DNA of 64,000 nt from Candidatus Rifleibacteriota bacterium (GCA_012517355.1 JAAYVD010000172.1:64081-128080); one strand, 5' to 3'. Shown: positions 27,601 through 36,929, numbered from the stretch's first letter. Notes: generated from the letters alone by a model not told the origin. Numbers and translations are program-made.

Positions 27601-28493
27601 ACCTTGGTCGAGGTCAGGGCGGGCACCTGCCCGACCGGGCAGGACTCGCGGAAATCGCAGAAGGGGCAGGCGGACGACCGCACGGGCTGGAACTTCCCCT
27701 GGTAGATCGCTTCCCCGATCTCGAGGTAGGTCTTCTTCCCCTGGGCCAGCAGCGCCGGCGAGCGCTGGACGGTGAGCGCCACCCCCTCGCGCAGGAACAG
27801 GTGGGTGACCTTCTGCACCTTCCCCGGCCAGATCACGTCGCCGGCCAGGAACAGGAGCTGGATGGGCAGACTCTGCGTCAGTTCGGCGGCTCCGCCGGCG
27901 GGGGTCTTCCCGCTCTTGTAGTCGATGATCTCGATCGAGCCGTCGGGATGCTGGTCGACGCGGTCCATGCGGCCGCTGAACTCCCCGCCGAACAGGTCGA
28001 TCTTGAAGAAGTAGTCGATCTCGACCGCCCGGGGCGGGGTCTGGCAGAAGTTCTGGTGGAACAGGCGCAGGGCCGCTTCGGCGTCGTGCCGGAACTGCTG
28101 CTCCTGCTCGGCCGACTCGTAGCCGCGGGAATCCCAGCTGGTGCCCAGCAGCTGCATCAGCTTCTCGAGCTTGAGGGGCTCGTTGGCCCCGCGGCTCTTG
28201 AAGAAGACCTTCAGGGCGGTGTGCAGGCTCTGGTCGAACGACAGGTTGGGCGCGGGGGCGGTTCCCTGCGGCGCCTTCTCGATGTACGAGAAGTGGAACT
28301 TCTTGGGGCAGGTGCGGTAGACCTCGATCTTGCCCGGGGTCAGCGGGATCTTGAATTTTTTCTGGGGCGGGGCGGCCGGTGGGGTGGGGGGCCGCGGCGG
28401 CCGTCCGGGCGGGGCGGCTTCGGGGGGCTTCTTCTCGAGGTTCTCCTTCGTCTTGCGGAACAGCTTCTGGAACAGGTTCGGCTTGTCGGCCAT
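24645..28493 (-). CDS. giant nuclease with five tandem Cas4/AddB-type Fe-S PD-(D/E)XK (RecB-family) modules
   Basis: ORF 24645..28529. Five ~250-aa repeats, each with an N-terminal Cys (CPKKF / CPQKF / CPRKY / CPLKY / CPRAY), motif II G-x-hDRhD, motif III hhDYK(S/T)GK (repeat 3 degenerate: VFVYKTTK) and a C-terminal CxxCx5C triad. Start taken at second Met (28493, GAGGA RBS 7 nt upstream); first Met 28529 overlaps a TATAAT. Confidence 0.85.
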   Translation of the reverse strand: MADKPNLFQKLFRKTKENLEKKPPEAAPPGRPPRPPTPPAAPPQKKFKIPLTPGKIEVYRTCPKKFHFSYIEKAPQGTAPAPNLSFDQSLHTALKVFFKSRGANEPLKLEKLMQLLGTSWDSRGYESAEQEQQFRHDAEAALRLFHQNFCQTPPRAVEIDYFFKIDLFGGEFSGRMDRVDQHPDGSIEIIDYKSGKTPAGGAAELTQSLPIQLLFLAGDVIWPGKVQKVTHLFLREGVALTVQRSPALLAQGKKTYLEIGEAIYQGKFQPVRSSACPFCDFRESCPVGQVPALTSTKVRTFLECPQKFAHYYLHRTAGRAEPAEPSTDLALDRALHDALTALHRDFKPAAHGDPQGYLFARFYEAVPKTFPEETVVLMKETGRELLQLYFKLLYPKSHTRFINEFLSLSTERYDFQITIDRIDEHPDGSLELIDYKTGKSVKDEGELKIDPVSAITCAVAAAKWPGRVKRFTHLYLRAARAVTVEVDEFMTKHGIDLLEDISERMRRKEFETLGGPGCSTCRAATQCQFQALTATTAKIQTLRECPRKYKFRYLERAPVPDKERPALLLNQVVRDVLRDFFALNQSADLEKLYKYYLTRIPTDVSLSLQARQFLEETGKKALKNFLESLEGKRPRVRTLADQARAPFEGVVLSAGFDRVDILPNGNYEVFVYKTTKRPMTVHEAEIDLSGVLTHTVASLTWPGKVERTTFLYLLPGERVVFTPSPRDLERLKLAVSEFQDENARGEFEGNRNPLCPYCDYLDRCEDAKRMLLSPSKINSFLSCPLKYKMNYIDRVPKEPRPTPHLNFDRSLHYALREYHEHFERKMQKVNPFRELLAKHWIDGGYTDWEEEQRFKSRGMQMLEEYFNGLTGEENPVMFETSARWTFDDLDLAVQIDRVDQLPDGKYEIIDYKSGKKIPDERIIHEDMGLLNMYLAASQRWPGQVAKVSYIFLAANKKMSLTPESEHIEAHKKRLRKIVAGITEAKWEPNKGALCAWCEFYNPCPEWKVKPFQMAGETPEVFRKRIRLSYSKMSLYLNCPRAYKRLYLDRVPPKPQPFFSFGTTIHETFEHIYDPGNPRPKPSLEEVLKIYDEVRLTHREGMASEEIEERYRQDGIRQITLYYNRFIKDQPFAPAHSIEDYFELPCGKYAVMTGFIDRIDKLPDGTYEILDYKTEPTMRTQDEVDHDKQLSIYYWACEDALGLKISKLSLFMLDHDAKITTTRTREDVPKVVEQVDKTAYAMINEKEFAPRKNKYCKSCDHLHDCPLKEEVLQDQSLISMKKF

Positions 28494-28530
28494 GGGTGTG
28501 TCCTCGTTTTGCGCGTGGCGATATGCCATC

Positions 28531-28565
28531 CATTATACGGCAACCCGACCACGGATGCAGGGGAT
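28531..28565 (-). promoter_or_regulatory. putative promoter of nuclease gene (perfect TATAAT at 28531-28536 on minus strand)
   Basis: TATAAT sits about 35 nt upstream of ATG 28493 and immediately upstream of the first in-frame ATG; -35 poor. Confidence 0.35.
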
Positions 28566-28574
28566 ACGGAAAAC

Positions 28575-28603
28575 TTGCGTGGTCCTTCCCGGCGTGGGAG
28601 AAT
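28575..28603 (+). promoter_or_regulatory. putative sigma70 promoter of methyltransferase gene
   Basis: TTGCGT, 17-nt spacer, GAGAAT; about 110 nt upstream of GTG 28716. Confidence 0.3.
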
Positions 28604-28715
28604 GCTCCGGAAGAGGTTCCAGAAAGATGACCGGCCGACACCGGCAGAAATCCGGGCGACGGGAAGCGGGAGAAAACCCCCCGGCGTGGCTTCCGGGCAG
28701 GCAAGGGAGGGTGTA

Positions 28716-29339
28716 GTGAGCGTGCAACAGGCTTACGAGATCTGGGGCGCGGCGTTCGAAGACGAAGGGAAGGTGACCTCCGAGTTCGACCGCGAGGTCA
28801 TGCGCATCGTCCTGGGCGGCCGCCGGTTCGGTTCCATTCTCGAGATCGGTTGCGGCACCGGCCGCAATACCCCTGTCCTGGCCGAGATCGGCAACCGCGT
28901 GACCGCCATGGACGTGGCCACCGGCCTGGTCTGGCGCGCCCGCGCCAAGGTCCCCCGCGACACCGTTTCCTACATGATGGCCGATTTCATGCGCTCCTGG
29001 CCGGTGCGCGACTGCGCCTTCGACCTGGTGGTCAGCAACCTGGTCCTCGAGTATGCCCGCGACCTCGAGGCCATCTACCGCGAAGCCGCCCGGGTGCTGG
29101 TGCCCGGCGGCCGCTACTTCCTGTCCGAATTCCACCCGTACCGGCAATGCCAGCGGGTCGGGGCCGCCGTCGGCTTGTACCGCGACGTCGATCCGCCCCC
29201 GACCTTCCTCCACCACGTCTCCGACCACCTGTCCGCCGCCATGGCGGCCGGGTTCTCCCTCGAGCAGCTCAACGAGTGGTGGGAAGGGGTCGAGCACCAG
29301 AAGCCCCCCCGCATGTTGTCCCTCCTGCTGATCCGGTAG
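28716..29339 (+). CDS. class I SAM-dependent methyltransferase (small-molecule/RNA type)
   Basis: Motif I ILEIGCGTGRNT, motif post-I MDVA, motif II FDLVVSNLVLEY; GTG start after AAGGGAGGG; no DPPY/NPPW DNA-MTase motif. Confidence 0.75.
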   Translation: MSVQQAYEIWGAAFEDEGKVTSEFDREVMRIVLGGRRFGSILEIGCGTGRNTPVLAEIGNRVTAMDVATGLVWRARAKVPRDTVSYMMADFMRSWPVRDCAFDLVVSNLVLEYARDLEAIYREAARVLVPGGRYFLSEFHPYRQCQRVGAAVGLYRDVDPPPTFLHHVSDHLSAAMAAGFSLEQLNEWWEGVEHQKPPRMLSLLLIR

Positions 29340-29561
29340 CCCTCCGGCCACCCTTCCGGGATTGGCCGCGGGTTGCTCCGGAACCATCGCGGATCCCCCG
29401 CGGCCACCGCCCGGCACCGGCCAGTCGGGGCCCTGGCCGCCTCCGGCCGCCGTTCGGCACGCATACCCGACCATGCCCGACCATACCCGAAGTTGCCCGG
29501 GTTTGGACGGGCGGTTCCGGTTTTCCCGGCGTTTTCCGCCCGGGAATCGGCGAAATCCCGG

Positions 29562-29591
29562 TTAGGACGTCCGCGGGCCCTGTGCTATAAT
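29562..29591 (+). promoter_or_regulatory. sigma70-type promoter of ornithine-degradation operon
   Basis: TTAGGA, 18 nt, extended -10 TGcTATAAT (29583-29591); about 60 nt upstream of ord ATG. Confidence 0.5.
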
Positions 29592-29650
29592 GGCCCCCTC
29601 GGGGAGACCCGAAACCATCATACCGAAAAGGGAAAGGATTCTTCAAAGGC

Positions 29651-30691
29651 ATGAAACCGATCCGCGTCGTTCAATGGGGCCTGGGCGCCATGGGCAGTGG
29701 CATGTGCAAGCTGATGCTCGAGAAGGAAGGGCTGAAGATCGTCGGAGCCATCCGCAAACGGCCCGACACCGCCGGGAAGGACCTCGGCGAAGTGCTGGGG
29801 CTCAACAAGACCCTGGGCGTCAAGATCACCAACAAGCCCGCCGACGTCCTCAAGAAGGACAACGTCGACCTGGTCCTCCATGCCACCGACTCCTTCACCC
29901 GCTCCTGTTTCGACGAACTGAAGAAGATCATCGAAGCCGGCATCGACGTCATCTCGATCGCCGAGGAGATGGCCTACCCGCACGCCCAGGAACCCGATCT
30001 CGCCAAGGAGATCGACATGCTGGCCAAGCGGCACGATGTCACCGTGCTCGGCACCGGCGTCAACCCCGGCTTCGTCCTCGACGCCCTGGTCATCATGCTG
30101 TCCGGCGCCTGCCTGCGCGTCGACCGCATCGAGGCCAGCCGCATCAACGACCTGTCCCCCTTCGGCGCCACCGTCATGAAGACCCAGGGCGTCGGCACCA
30201 CCCCCGAGGAGTTCGAGGCCGGCCTGAAGAGCGGCACCATCGTCGGCCACATCGGCTTCCCCGAGTCGATCAGCATGATCTCCGACGCCCTCGGCCTCGG
30301 CGTCGACCGCATCGAGCAGCAGCGCCGCCCGATCATCTCCAAGACCCACCGCGAGACCCCGGTCGTCAAGGTGTCGCCGGGCATGGTCGCCGGCTGCGAG
30401 CACATCGGCATCGGCTACCGCGGTCAGACCGAGGTCATCAAGCTGATCCACCCGCAGCAGATCCATCCGGGCAAGGAAGACATCCTGACCGGCGATTACA
30501 TCAACATCTTCGGCGATCCCGACATCCACATGAGCAACAAGCCCGAGATCCCCGGCGGGAAGGGCACCATGGCCGTCGCCGTCAACATGATCCCCATCGT
30601 CAAGAAGGCCGGCCCCGGCCTCAAGCGCATGATCGACCTGCCCATCCCGGCCTGCCTGATGGGAAAGACCGCCTACGACCGGTGGATCTGA
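29651..30691 (+). CDS. ord: 2,4-diaminopentanoate dehydrogenase (DapB-like fold)
   Basis: 346 aa; N-terminal Rossmann MKPIRVVQWGLGAMGSGMCKLM; family call from similarity plus position immediately upstream of ortAB. Confidence 0.85.
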   Translation: MKPIRVVQWGLGAMGSGMCKLMLEKEGLKIVGAIRKRPDTAGKDLGEVLGLNKTLGVKITNKPADVLKKDNVDLVLHATDSFTRSCFDELKKIIEAGIDVISIAEEMAYPHAQEPDLAKEIDMLAKRHDVTVLGTGVNPGFVLDALVIMLSGACLRVDRIEASRINDLSPFGATVMKTQGVGTTPEEFEAGLKSGTIVGHIGFPESISMISDALGLGVDRIEQQRRPIISKTHRETPVVKVSPGMVAGCEHIGIGYRGQTEVIKLIHPQQIHPGKEDILTGDYINIFGDPDIHMSNKPEIPGGKGTMAVAVNMIPIVKKAGPGLKRMIDLPIPACLMGKTAYDRWI

Positions 30692-30692
30692 G

Positions 30693-30980
30693 ATGAGCAC
30701 CGTCCCCACGGGAACCTGGGTCGAGATCGAGAGGGTCATCCTTCGTCCCGACCAACGGGCCCCCAACATTCCGGAAGACACCGCCCGCACGCCCTACGTG
30801 ATGCGGGTCTCCGGGTGGCTCCTGGAGCCGGCTGCCCCCGGGCAGCCGGCCCGGGTCCGCACCCTGATCGGCCGCGAGCTGGCAGGAACCCTGAAGACGG
30901 TCTCCCCCAGCTACACCCACGGCTTCGGCGAGGTCGTTCCCGAGCTGCTCGACATCGGTACCGCGGGAGGGAAGCCATGA
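30693..30980 (+). CDS. ortA: 2-amino-4-ketopentanoate thiolase alpha subunit
   Basis: 95-aa protein between ord and the PLP-dependent ortB; 1-nt gap after ord stop, 4-nt overlap with ortB. Confidence 0.8.
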   Translation: MSTVPTGTWVEIERVILRPDQRAPNIPEDTARTPYVMRVSGWLLEPAAPGQPARVRTLIGRELAGTLKTVSPSYTHGFGEVVPELLDIGTAGGKP

Positions 30981-32383
30981 AACGCGACACCTCCTACGCC
31001 GCCGTCACCGCCCGCAAGAACGAGATCATGAAGGCCTCGCTCGGGGTCGATTTCGACCGCTACGTCACCAGCCCCGTCGCCTTCGACTACGAGCGCCTGA
31101 TGAAAGACACGGGGTACACCCTCGACGACATCGTCCGCATCCAGCGCGAGACCAAGGTGGGCGACACCCCCCTGTTCGAGCTGACCCGCCTGACCGAGGT
31201 GGTCCGCCAGATCAGTCCCCGCGGCAAGGGCGCCACCATCCTCCTGAAGGACGAGGCGGCCAACGCCTCGGGCAGCTTCAAGGCCCGGCGCGCCTCGATC
31301 TCCGCCTACGAGGCGAAGAAGCGCGGCTACGCCGGCGTCATCGCCGCCACCTCCGGCAACTACGGCGCCGCGGTCGCCTCCCAGGCGGCCATGCGCGGCC
31401 TCAAGTGCATCATCCTCCAGGAGGTCTACGACTCGCAGGGGGTCGGCCAGCCCGAGATCGTCGAGAAGGGCCGCAAGTGCGAGGCGTTCGGCGCCGAGGT
31501 CCACAAGCTCACCGTCGGCCCCGAACTGTTCTACTGCCTGCTGCTCGCCCTCGAGGAGACGATGTTCTTCAACGCCTCCCTCTACACCCCGTTCGGCATC
31601 AAGGGCGTCGAGACCCTCGGCACCGAGATCGCCGCCCAGGTGCGGGCCCGCTACCGTCGCGACCCCGACGTCGTCGTCATCACCCACGCCGGCGGCGGCA
31701 ACCTCACCGGCACCGCCCGGGGCCTTTTGGCCGCCGGGGCCGACAAGACCCGCATCGTCGCCTGCTCCGTCGACCTGAGCGGGCTGCACATGGCCTCCGA
31801 CCGCGACTTCAACCGCAAGTCCTTCACCACCGGCCACACCGGGTTCGGCGTGCCCTTCGCCACCTGGCCCGACCGGGTCGACGTGCCGCGCAACGCCGCC
31901 CGCAGCCTGCGCTACATGGACGACTACCAGCTGGTGTCGCAGGGCGAGGTCTTCTACGTCACCGAACTGCTGGCCAAGCTCGAGGGCATCGAGCGCGGTC
32001 CGGCCGGCAACACCAGCCTGACCGCCGCGGTCGCCCTGGCCCGCACCCTCGACCGCGACCAGGTGGTCGTGGTGCAGGAGACCGAATACACCGGCGCCGG
32101 CAAGCACCACAACGCCCAACTCAGCTTCGCCCGGAAGATGGGCGTCGAGGTGCGCCGCGGCGACCCGCGCGAGAACGTGCCGGGGAAGGCGATCGTCATT
32201 CCCGAACGGCTCGAACAGGTCACCGGCCACGGGCAGTCCATGGACAAGCTGCGCGAGTCGTACCTGAAAAACGCGGCGAAGGCCCATCCCGCCAAGAAAT
32301 GGACCGACGCCGACAAGGCCTTCCTGGCCGCCGACGTGAAGAAAGACGTGGCCTGGCTGGAGTCCCGCCTGCGGGAACTCTGA
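30977..32383 (+). CDS. ortB: 2-amino-4-ketopentanoate thiolase beta subunit (PLP-dependent, TrpB-like fold)
   Basis: MKRDTSYAAVTARK...; PLP-lysine region GSFKARRA; ATGA overlap with ortA. Confidence 0.85.
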   Translation: MKRDTSYAAVTARKNEIMKASLGVDFDRYVTSPVAFDYERLMKDTGYTLDDIVRIQRETKVGDTPLFELTRLTEVVRQISPRGKGATILLKDEAANASGSFKARRASISAYEAKKRGYAGVIAATSGNYGAAVASQAAMRGLKCIILQEVYDSQGVGQPEIVEKGRKCEAFGAEVHKLTVGPELFYCLLLALEETMFFNASLYTPFGIKGVETLGTEIAAQVRARYRRDPDVVVITHAGGGNLTGTARGLLAAGADKTRIVACSVDLSGLHMASDRDFNRKSFTTGHTGFGVPFATWPDRVDVPRNAARSLRYMDDYQLVSQGEVFYVTELLAKLEGIERGPAGNTSLTAAVALARTLDRDQVVVVQETEYTGAGKHHNAQLSFARKMGVEVRRGDPRENVPGKAIVIPERLEQVTGHGQSMDKLRESYLKNAAKAHPAKKWTDADKAFLAADVKKDVAWLESRLREL

Positions 32384-32560
32384 CCCCCCGACGGTCCGAT
32401 GGCTGACCCGACAACCGGCATCCCTGGAGGGCTCTCCTCCAGGGATGCTCCCTTCCCGACCCCTCGCCGGGGCCGCCGGCCGCCGGCCCACCCCTGACCC
32501 GGCCGGCGCTTTTCCCCACCCGCACCCCTCAGACCGAGTGAAAGGAACAAGGAAACGAAG

Positions 32561-32920
32561 ATGAACGACGCAGATCGCCTCAAAAAGTTCGAGGAGCGGC
32601 GCGCCGCCCTCAGGAAGCTGAGCGACGACCAGCTCAAGGAACGCTTCTGGGACCTGTGCCGCCAGGCCGTCGAGCCGATGGTCGAACTGGCGAAGACCCA
32701 CACCAGCCCCTCGATCGAGCGGGCCGTCCTGCTGCGCATGGGGGTCGACAGCGTGTCGACCAAGGGCGTGGTCGGCCGCATCCACGAGGCCGGCCTGCTC
32801 GGCCACGGCGCCGGACACGTCGTGTTGAAGGTCAGCCAGAAGTTCAAGACCGACGTTCGCGGGGCGGCGAAGAAGATCGTCGACGACCCCAACTGCCTCA
32901 ACGGCCTGTTCGGGAGGTGA
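32561..32920 (+). CDS. oraS: D-ornithine 4,5-aminomutase subunit S
   Basis: 119 aa; immediately upstream of oraE (4-nt gap). Confidence 0.85.
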   Translation: MNDADRLKKFEERRAALRKLSDDQLKERFWDLCRQAVEPMVELAKTHTSPSIERAVLLRMGVDSVSTKGVVGRIHEAGLLGHGAGHVVLKVSQKFKTDVRGAAKKIVDDPNCLNGLFGR

Positions 32921-32924
32921 ACCA

Positions 32925-35123
32925 GTGAAGAATCTCGATCCCAAGACCAAGATCGACATCGAGGAGATCCTCACCGGGCTCGACACCTACCACCCGCCGC
33001 GCAAGGGCTGGACCTGGCGCGAGCCGGTTCCGGGCGGCTACAAGGTCGGCAAGTTCCACTACAAGACCATGACGAAGCCGCTCAAGCAGTCGGTTCCGCT
33101 GCCGGCCTCGAAGTATTTCGACCACATCGACCCGCAGCCGCAGCCGGTCATCACCACCGAGATCGCCTCCGGGCGGTTTGAAGATGACATCCGGCGCATG
33201 CGCATGGCCGCCTGGCACGGCGCCGACCACATCATGGTCATCCGCACCACCGGCCAGAGCCACATCGACGGACTGCTGGAAGGCACCCCGGAAGGCGTCG
33301 GCGGCGTGCCCATCACCCGCAAGCAGATCCGCGCCAGCCGCAAGGCCTGCGACCTGATCGAGGCCGAGGTCGGCCGGCCCATCAACTTCCATTCGTATGT
33401 CTCGGGCGTCGCCGGCCCCGAAGTGGCCGTCCTGTTCGCCGAGGAGGGCATCAACGGCGCCCACCAGGACCCGCAGTACAACGTGCTGTACCGCAACGTC
33501 AACATGTACCGGTCGTTCGTCGACGCCGCGGAGGCCAAGTGCGTGATGGCCGGCGCCCGCATCTTCCAGATCGACGGGGCCCACAACGCCAACGCCACCG
33601 CCAAGGAAGGCTGGTCGGTCATGCCCGAACTGCTCGTCCAGCACGGCATCAACAGCGCCTTCTCGGTCGCCGCCGGCATGCCCAAGGACCTGATCGGCCT
33701 GTCGACCGTGCCGCCCTGCGCGCCGCCCGCCCCCAAGCTGTGGTACGACCTGCCCTACGCGGTCGCCCTGCGCGATTTCTTCAGCGAGTACAAGATGCGG
33801 GCCCAGCAGAACACCCGCTACATCGAGGCCGACATCGAGGAGGCCACCCGCACCCACGTCATCGACACCCTGATCTCGGCCCTGACCCGGGCCGACATCC
33901 AGAGCACCATCACCCCCGACGAGGGGCGCAACGTGCCGTGGCACTACAACAACATCCGCGGCATCGAGACGGCCAAGCAGACCCTGGTCGCCCTCGACGG
34001 CATCCAGGAACTGGTCAAGATCGACCGCTCGGGGCCGCTCGGCGAGATCGTCCGCGACCTGAAGGAACGCGCCGTCTGCTTCCTCGAGGAACTGATCGAG
34101 GCGGGAGGCTACTTCGCCGCCGTCGAGAAGGGCTTCTTCGTCGACTCGGCGAAATACCCCGACCGCAACGGCGACGGCATCGCCCGCGACGGGAAGGGTG
34201 GGGTGGGGGCCGGCAGCATCGTCAGGCGCGAGGCCGACTACTTCGCCCCGGTCTGCAACCACTTCGGCCACAATCACCCGCCCGCCGGGGTGAAGAAGGC
34301 CTGCGACGTCATCGACGGCTGCACGTTCTGCAAGCCCGACAAGATTGTCTACATCGACGAGCTCGACCCCGGCGACAGCTGCCATGCCCGCCTCGAAAAG
34401 ACCCTTCCCTACCGCAAGGGGGGAATGATCAAGCCCGAGGCCGAGTGGGCCGGCGATGGCACCATGCTGCTGCAGTTCTTCCTGCCCGAGGAGATCGACG
34501 TCGCCCGCGTCGCGGCGCTCGAGATCGCGAAGAAGATGGGCCTGGCCGACCCCGAGGTCATCAACGCCCAGGTCATGCATCCCGCCGAGGGCACCTTCCT
34601 CGAGGTGAAAGGGAAGGTCGACATCGCCATCGACAAGAAGACCCTCAAGATCCCGCCCAAGGAGGTCGTCCTGCCCGAGGACGAGCTGCGCGCCGCGGTC
34701 AAGCAATACGGTTTGCGCGTCGTCGCCGGCACGGTCGGTGAGGACGAGCACTCCGTCGGCCTGCGCGAGATCCTCGACATCAAGCACGGCGGCATCGAGA
34801 AATACGGGGTCAAGTACCACTACCTCGGCACCTCCGTGCCGGTCGGGAAACTGGTCGACGCGGCGGTCGAGACCGGCGCCCAGGCCATCCTGATCAGCAC
34901 GATCATCTCGCACAACGACGTCCACAAGGCGATGATGCGGAAACTGGACGAGCTGTGCCGCGAGAAGGGCATCCGCGACAAGATCATCCTGATCAGCGGC
35001 GGCACCCAGGTCACCCGCGACATCGCCCGCCAGGCCGGCATGGACGACGGGTTCGGCCGCGGCACCAAGGGCATCCACGTGGTCAACTCGATGGTCAAGA
35101 TCCTGCGGCAACGGGGGCGCTGA
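32925..35123 (+). CDS. oraE: D-ornithine 4,5-aminomutase subunit E (adenosylcobalamin- and PLP-dependent)
   Basis: 732 aa; C-terminal B12-binding Rossmann with DxHxxG-like region (VGEDEHSVG); TIM-barrel N-domain. Confidence 0.9.
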   Translation: MKNLDPKTKIDIEEILTGLDTYHPPRKGWTWREPVPGGYKVGKFHYKTMTKPLKQSVPLPASKYFDHIDPQPQPVITTEIASGRFEDDIRRMRMAAWHGADHIMVIRTTGQSHIDGLLEGTPEGVGGVPITRKQIRASRKACDLIEAEVGRPINFHSYVSGVAGPEVAVLFAEEGINGAHQDPQYNVLYRNVNMYRSFVDAAEAKCVMAGARIFQIDGAHNANATAKEGWSVMPELLVQHGINSAFSVAAGMPKDLIGLSTVPPCAPPAPKLWYDLPYAVALRDFFSEYKMRAQQNTRYIEADIEEATRTHVIDTLISALTRADIQSTITPDEGRNVPWHYNNIRGIETAKQTLVALDGIQELVKIDRSGPLGEIVRDLKERAVCFLEELIEAGGYFAAVEKGFFVDSAKYPDRNGDGIARDGKGGVGAGSIVRREADYFAPVCNHFGHNHPPAGVKKACDVIDGCTFCKPDKIVYIDELDPGDSCHARLEKTLPYRKGGMIKPEAEWAGDGTMLLQFFLPEEIDVARVAALEIAKKMGLADPEVINAQVMHPAEGTFLEVKGKVDIAIDKKTLKIPPKEVVLPEDELRAAVKQYGLRVVAGTVGEDEHSVGLREILDIKHGGIEKYGVKYHYLGTSVPVGKLVDAAVETGAQAILISTIISHNDVHKAMMRKLDELCREKGIRDKIILISGGTQVTRDIARQAGMDDGFGRGTKGIHVVNSMVKILRQRGR

Positions 35124-35508
35124 GCCATCCTTCCCCAGCCGCTCCGCCAGAAGATTCCCGGGCTCCGGCCTTCCTGCCGGGGCCCGGGCCATCCTGCGCC
35201 CGCCGCGACGATCCCCGGCCAGGTCCTCGGCAGCACGGCCCCCAGGCGGGCGGGCCCTGGGGGAGTGGCCGCCGGTGGCGTTTCCCGGAGGAACCGGCTC
35301 TCCGGGTTCCCCCGCCTGGACGGTCCGGTGATCGTCCATTCCCCATTCCCGCGACGGGGATCCGAACCCGGGCTTCGGCGTGCCGGCCCTCTTCCCGGAG
35401 GGCGGTCGCTGGGACCCTTCCCGGTTTCCTTGCGGGTCTCCCGGTTTTCCCCCTGGGGGCCTCCCGACAGAACGCCCCCTGCCCACCTCCCCTCGAGGCT
35501 ACTTGTAC

Positions 35509-36855
35509 ATGAATCGCGAAATTGACATTCTGACCATCGAGGTCGGCAGCACCATCACCAAGGCCAACGGGTTCGTGCGGGCAGCCGACGGTCTCCTGCA
35601 GCATGTCGCGCAGGGGTTCGCCCCCACTTCCATCGCCCAGGGCGACGTGGAGATCGGGGTGCGCGGCGCCCTGGCCGAACTGCAGCACACCTCGCGCCGC
35701 CGCCAGGAAGGCGCCGAGGTCTTCGTCAACAGCTCGGCCGCCGGCGGCCTGCGCATGACCGTCCACGGCCTGACCTACAACATGACCGCCCGCGCCGCCC
35801 GCGAGGCCAGCCTGGGCGCCGGCGCCATCGTCAAGCTGGTGACGGCCGGCCGCCTGGCTGCCTCCGACCTGGCCGAGATCCGGCGCCTGCAGCCCAACAT
35901 CATCCTGCTCGCCGGCGGGGTCGACTTCGGCGCCCGGGAGGTCGTCCTCGACAACGCGGCCGACCTCGCCGCCGCCCGCCTCGGCGTGCCCGTCATCTAC
36001 GCCGGCAACGCCGCCCTCGTCGATACCGTCCGGGAGTTCTTCGCCGGGACCGGCAGCGAGGTGCTGGTGGCGCCCAACGTCTTTCCCGACGTCGACGTGC
36101 TCAACGTCGACCCCTTGCGCAAGATCATCCAGGAGGCCTTCGCCCGCCACATCATCCACGCCCCGGGCATGGAAAAACTGCAGCAGCTCACCTCCCGGCC
36201 GGTGCTGCCCACGCCCGGAGCCGTGCTGAAGGCGGCCGAGATCTTCGCCGAGGCGATGGGCGACGTCGTCGTCCTCGACGTCGGCGGCGCCACCACCGAC
36301 GTCCACTCGGTGACCGAGGGCAGCCCGGCGTTCGCCGACAAGCTGACCGACCCCGAGCCGCGCGCCAAGCGCACGGTCGAGGGCGACCTGGGGGTGTTCG
36401 TCAACGCCCGGCACATCTTCGACCTGACCGCCGACGCCCAGTGGCAGGCCCGGGCCGAGGAGGTGCGCGCCATGCCCGCCACCGGACGCGAGCGCGAGGT
36501 CACCCGCTGGCTGTGCGCCCGCGCCGTCGAGGCGGGGATGCGCCGGCACGCCGGCACGCTGCACGACCTGTATACACCGTCGGGCCGCAAACAGATCGTG
36601 CGTGGCAAAGACCTGACCGCGGTGAAGTGGGTGATCGGCACCGGCGGGGCCTTGACCCGCGTCGAGGGAGGCGAAGCCATCCTGCGGGCGATGTGCACCG
36701 GGCCCGGCAAGTTCCTGCTCCCCCAGCCGGAGGCGAAGGTGCTGCTCGACCGGCAGTATCTGTTTTCGGCGATGGGTACCATTGCCGACGCTTGCCGCGA
36801 CGAGGTGCGCACTCTGTTCACCCGCTGGTCCGGGGAGAACGGGGGAAGGCGGTGA
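35509..36855 (+). CDS. GlmL/MutL-family protein (methylaspartate-mutase accessory-like; putative aminomutase reactivase)
   Basis: MNREIDILTIEVGSTITKANGF... ASKHA-like fold hallmarks (DVGGATTDV); position after oraE matches Clostridial or-clusters. Confidence 0.75.
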   Translation: MNREIDILTIEVGSTITKANGFVRAADGLLQHVAQGFAPTSIAQGDVEIGVRGALAELQHTSRRRQEGAEVFVNSSAAGGLRMTVHGLTYNMTARAAREASLGAGAIVKLVTAGRLAASDLAEIRRLQPNIILLAGGVDFGAREVVLDNAADLAAARLGVPVIYAGNAALVDTVREFFAGTGSEVLVAPNVFPDVDVLNVDPLRKIIQEAFARHIIHAPGMEKLQQLTSRPVLPTPGAVLKAAEIFAEAMGDVVVLDVGGATTDVHSVTEGSPAFADKLTDPEPRAKRTVEGDLGVFVNARHIFDLTADAQWQARAEEVRAMPATGREREVTRWLCARAVEAGMRRHAGTLHDLYTPSGRKQIVRGKDLTAVKWVIGTGGALTRVEGGEAILRAMCTGPGKFLLPQPEAKVLLDRQYLFSAMGTIADACRDEVRTLFTRWSGENGGRR

Positions 36856-36929
36856 GCCGGTTCCCTTGGGAACCGAGGAGCAGGGGAATGGGTGAATCGG
36901 GGGAAGGGGCGAGCGGGGCCGGCAGCAGG

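Noticed and set aside
24346-28704. 1452-aa minus-strand ORF overlapping the nuclease gene in another frame
   Set aside because: Arg/Pro-rich junk translation, whereas the 24645..28529 frame has repeated catalytic motifs and conserved Cys patterns.
24645-29339. Nuclease plus divergent methyltransferase as a restriction-modification pair
   Set aside because: The methyltransferase is a ~207-aa class I small-molecule/RNA-type enzyme without DNA-MTase motif IV (DPPY/NPPW) or target-recognition domain.
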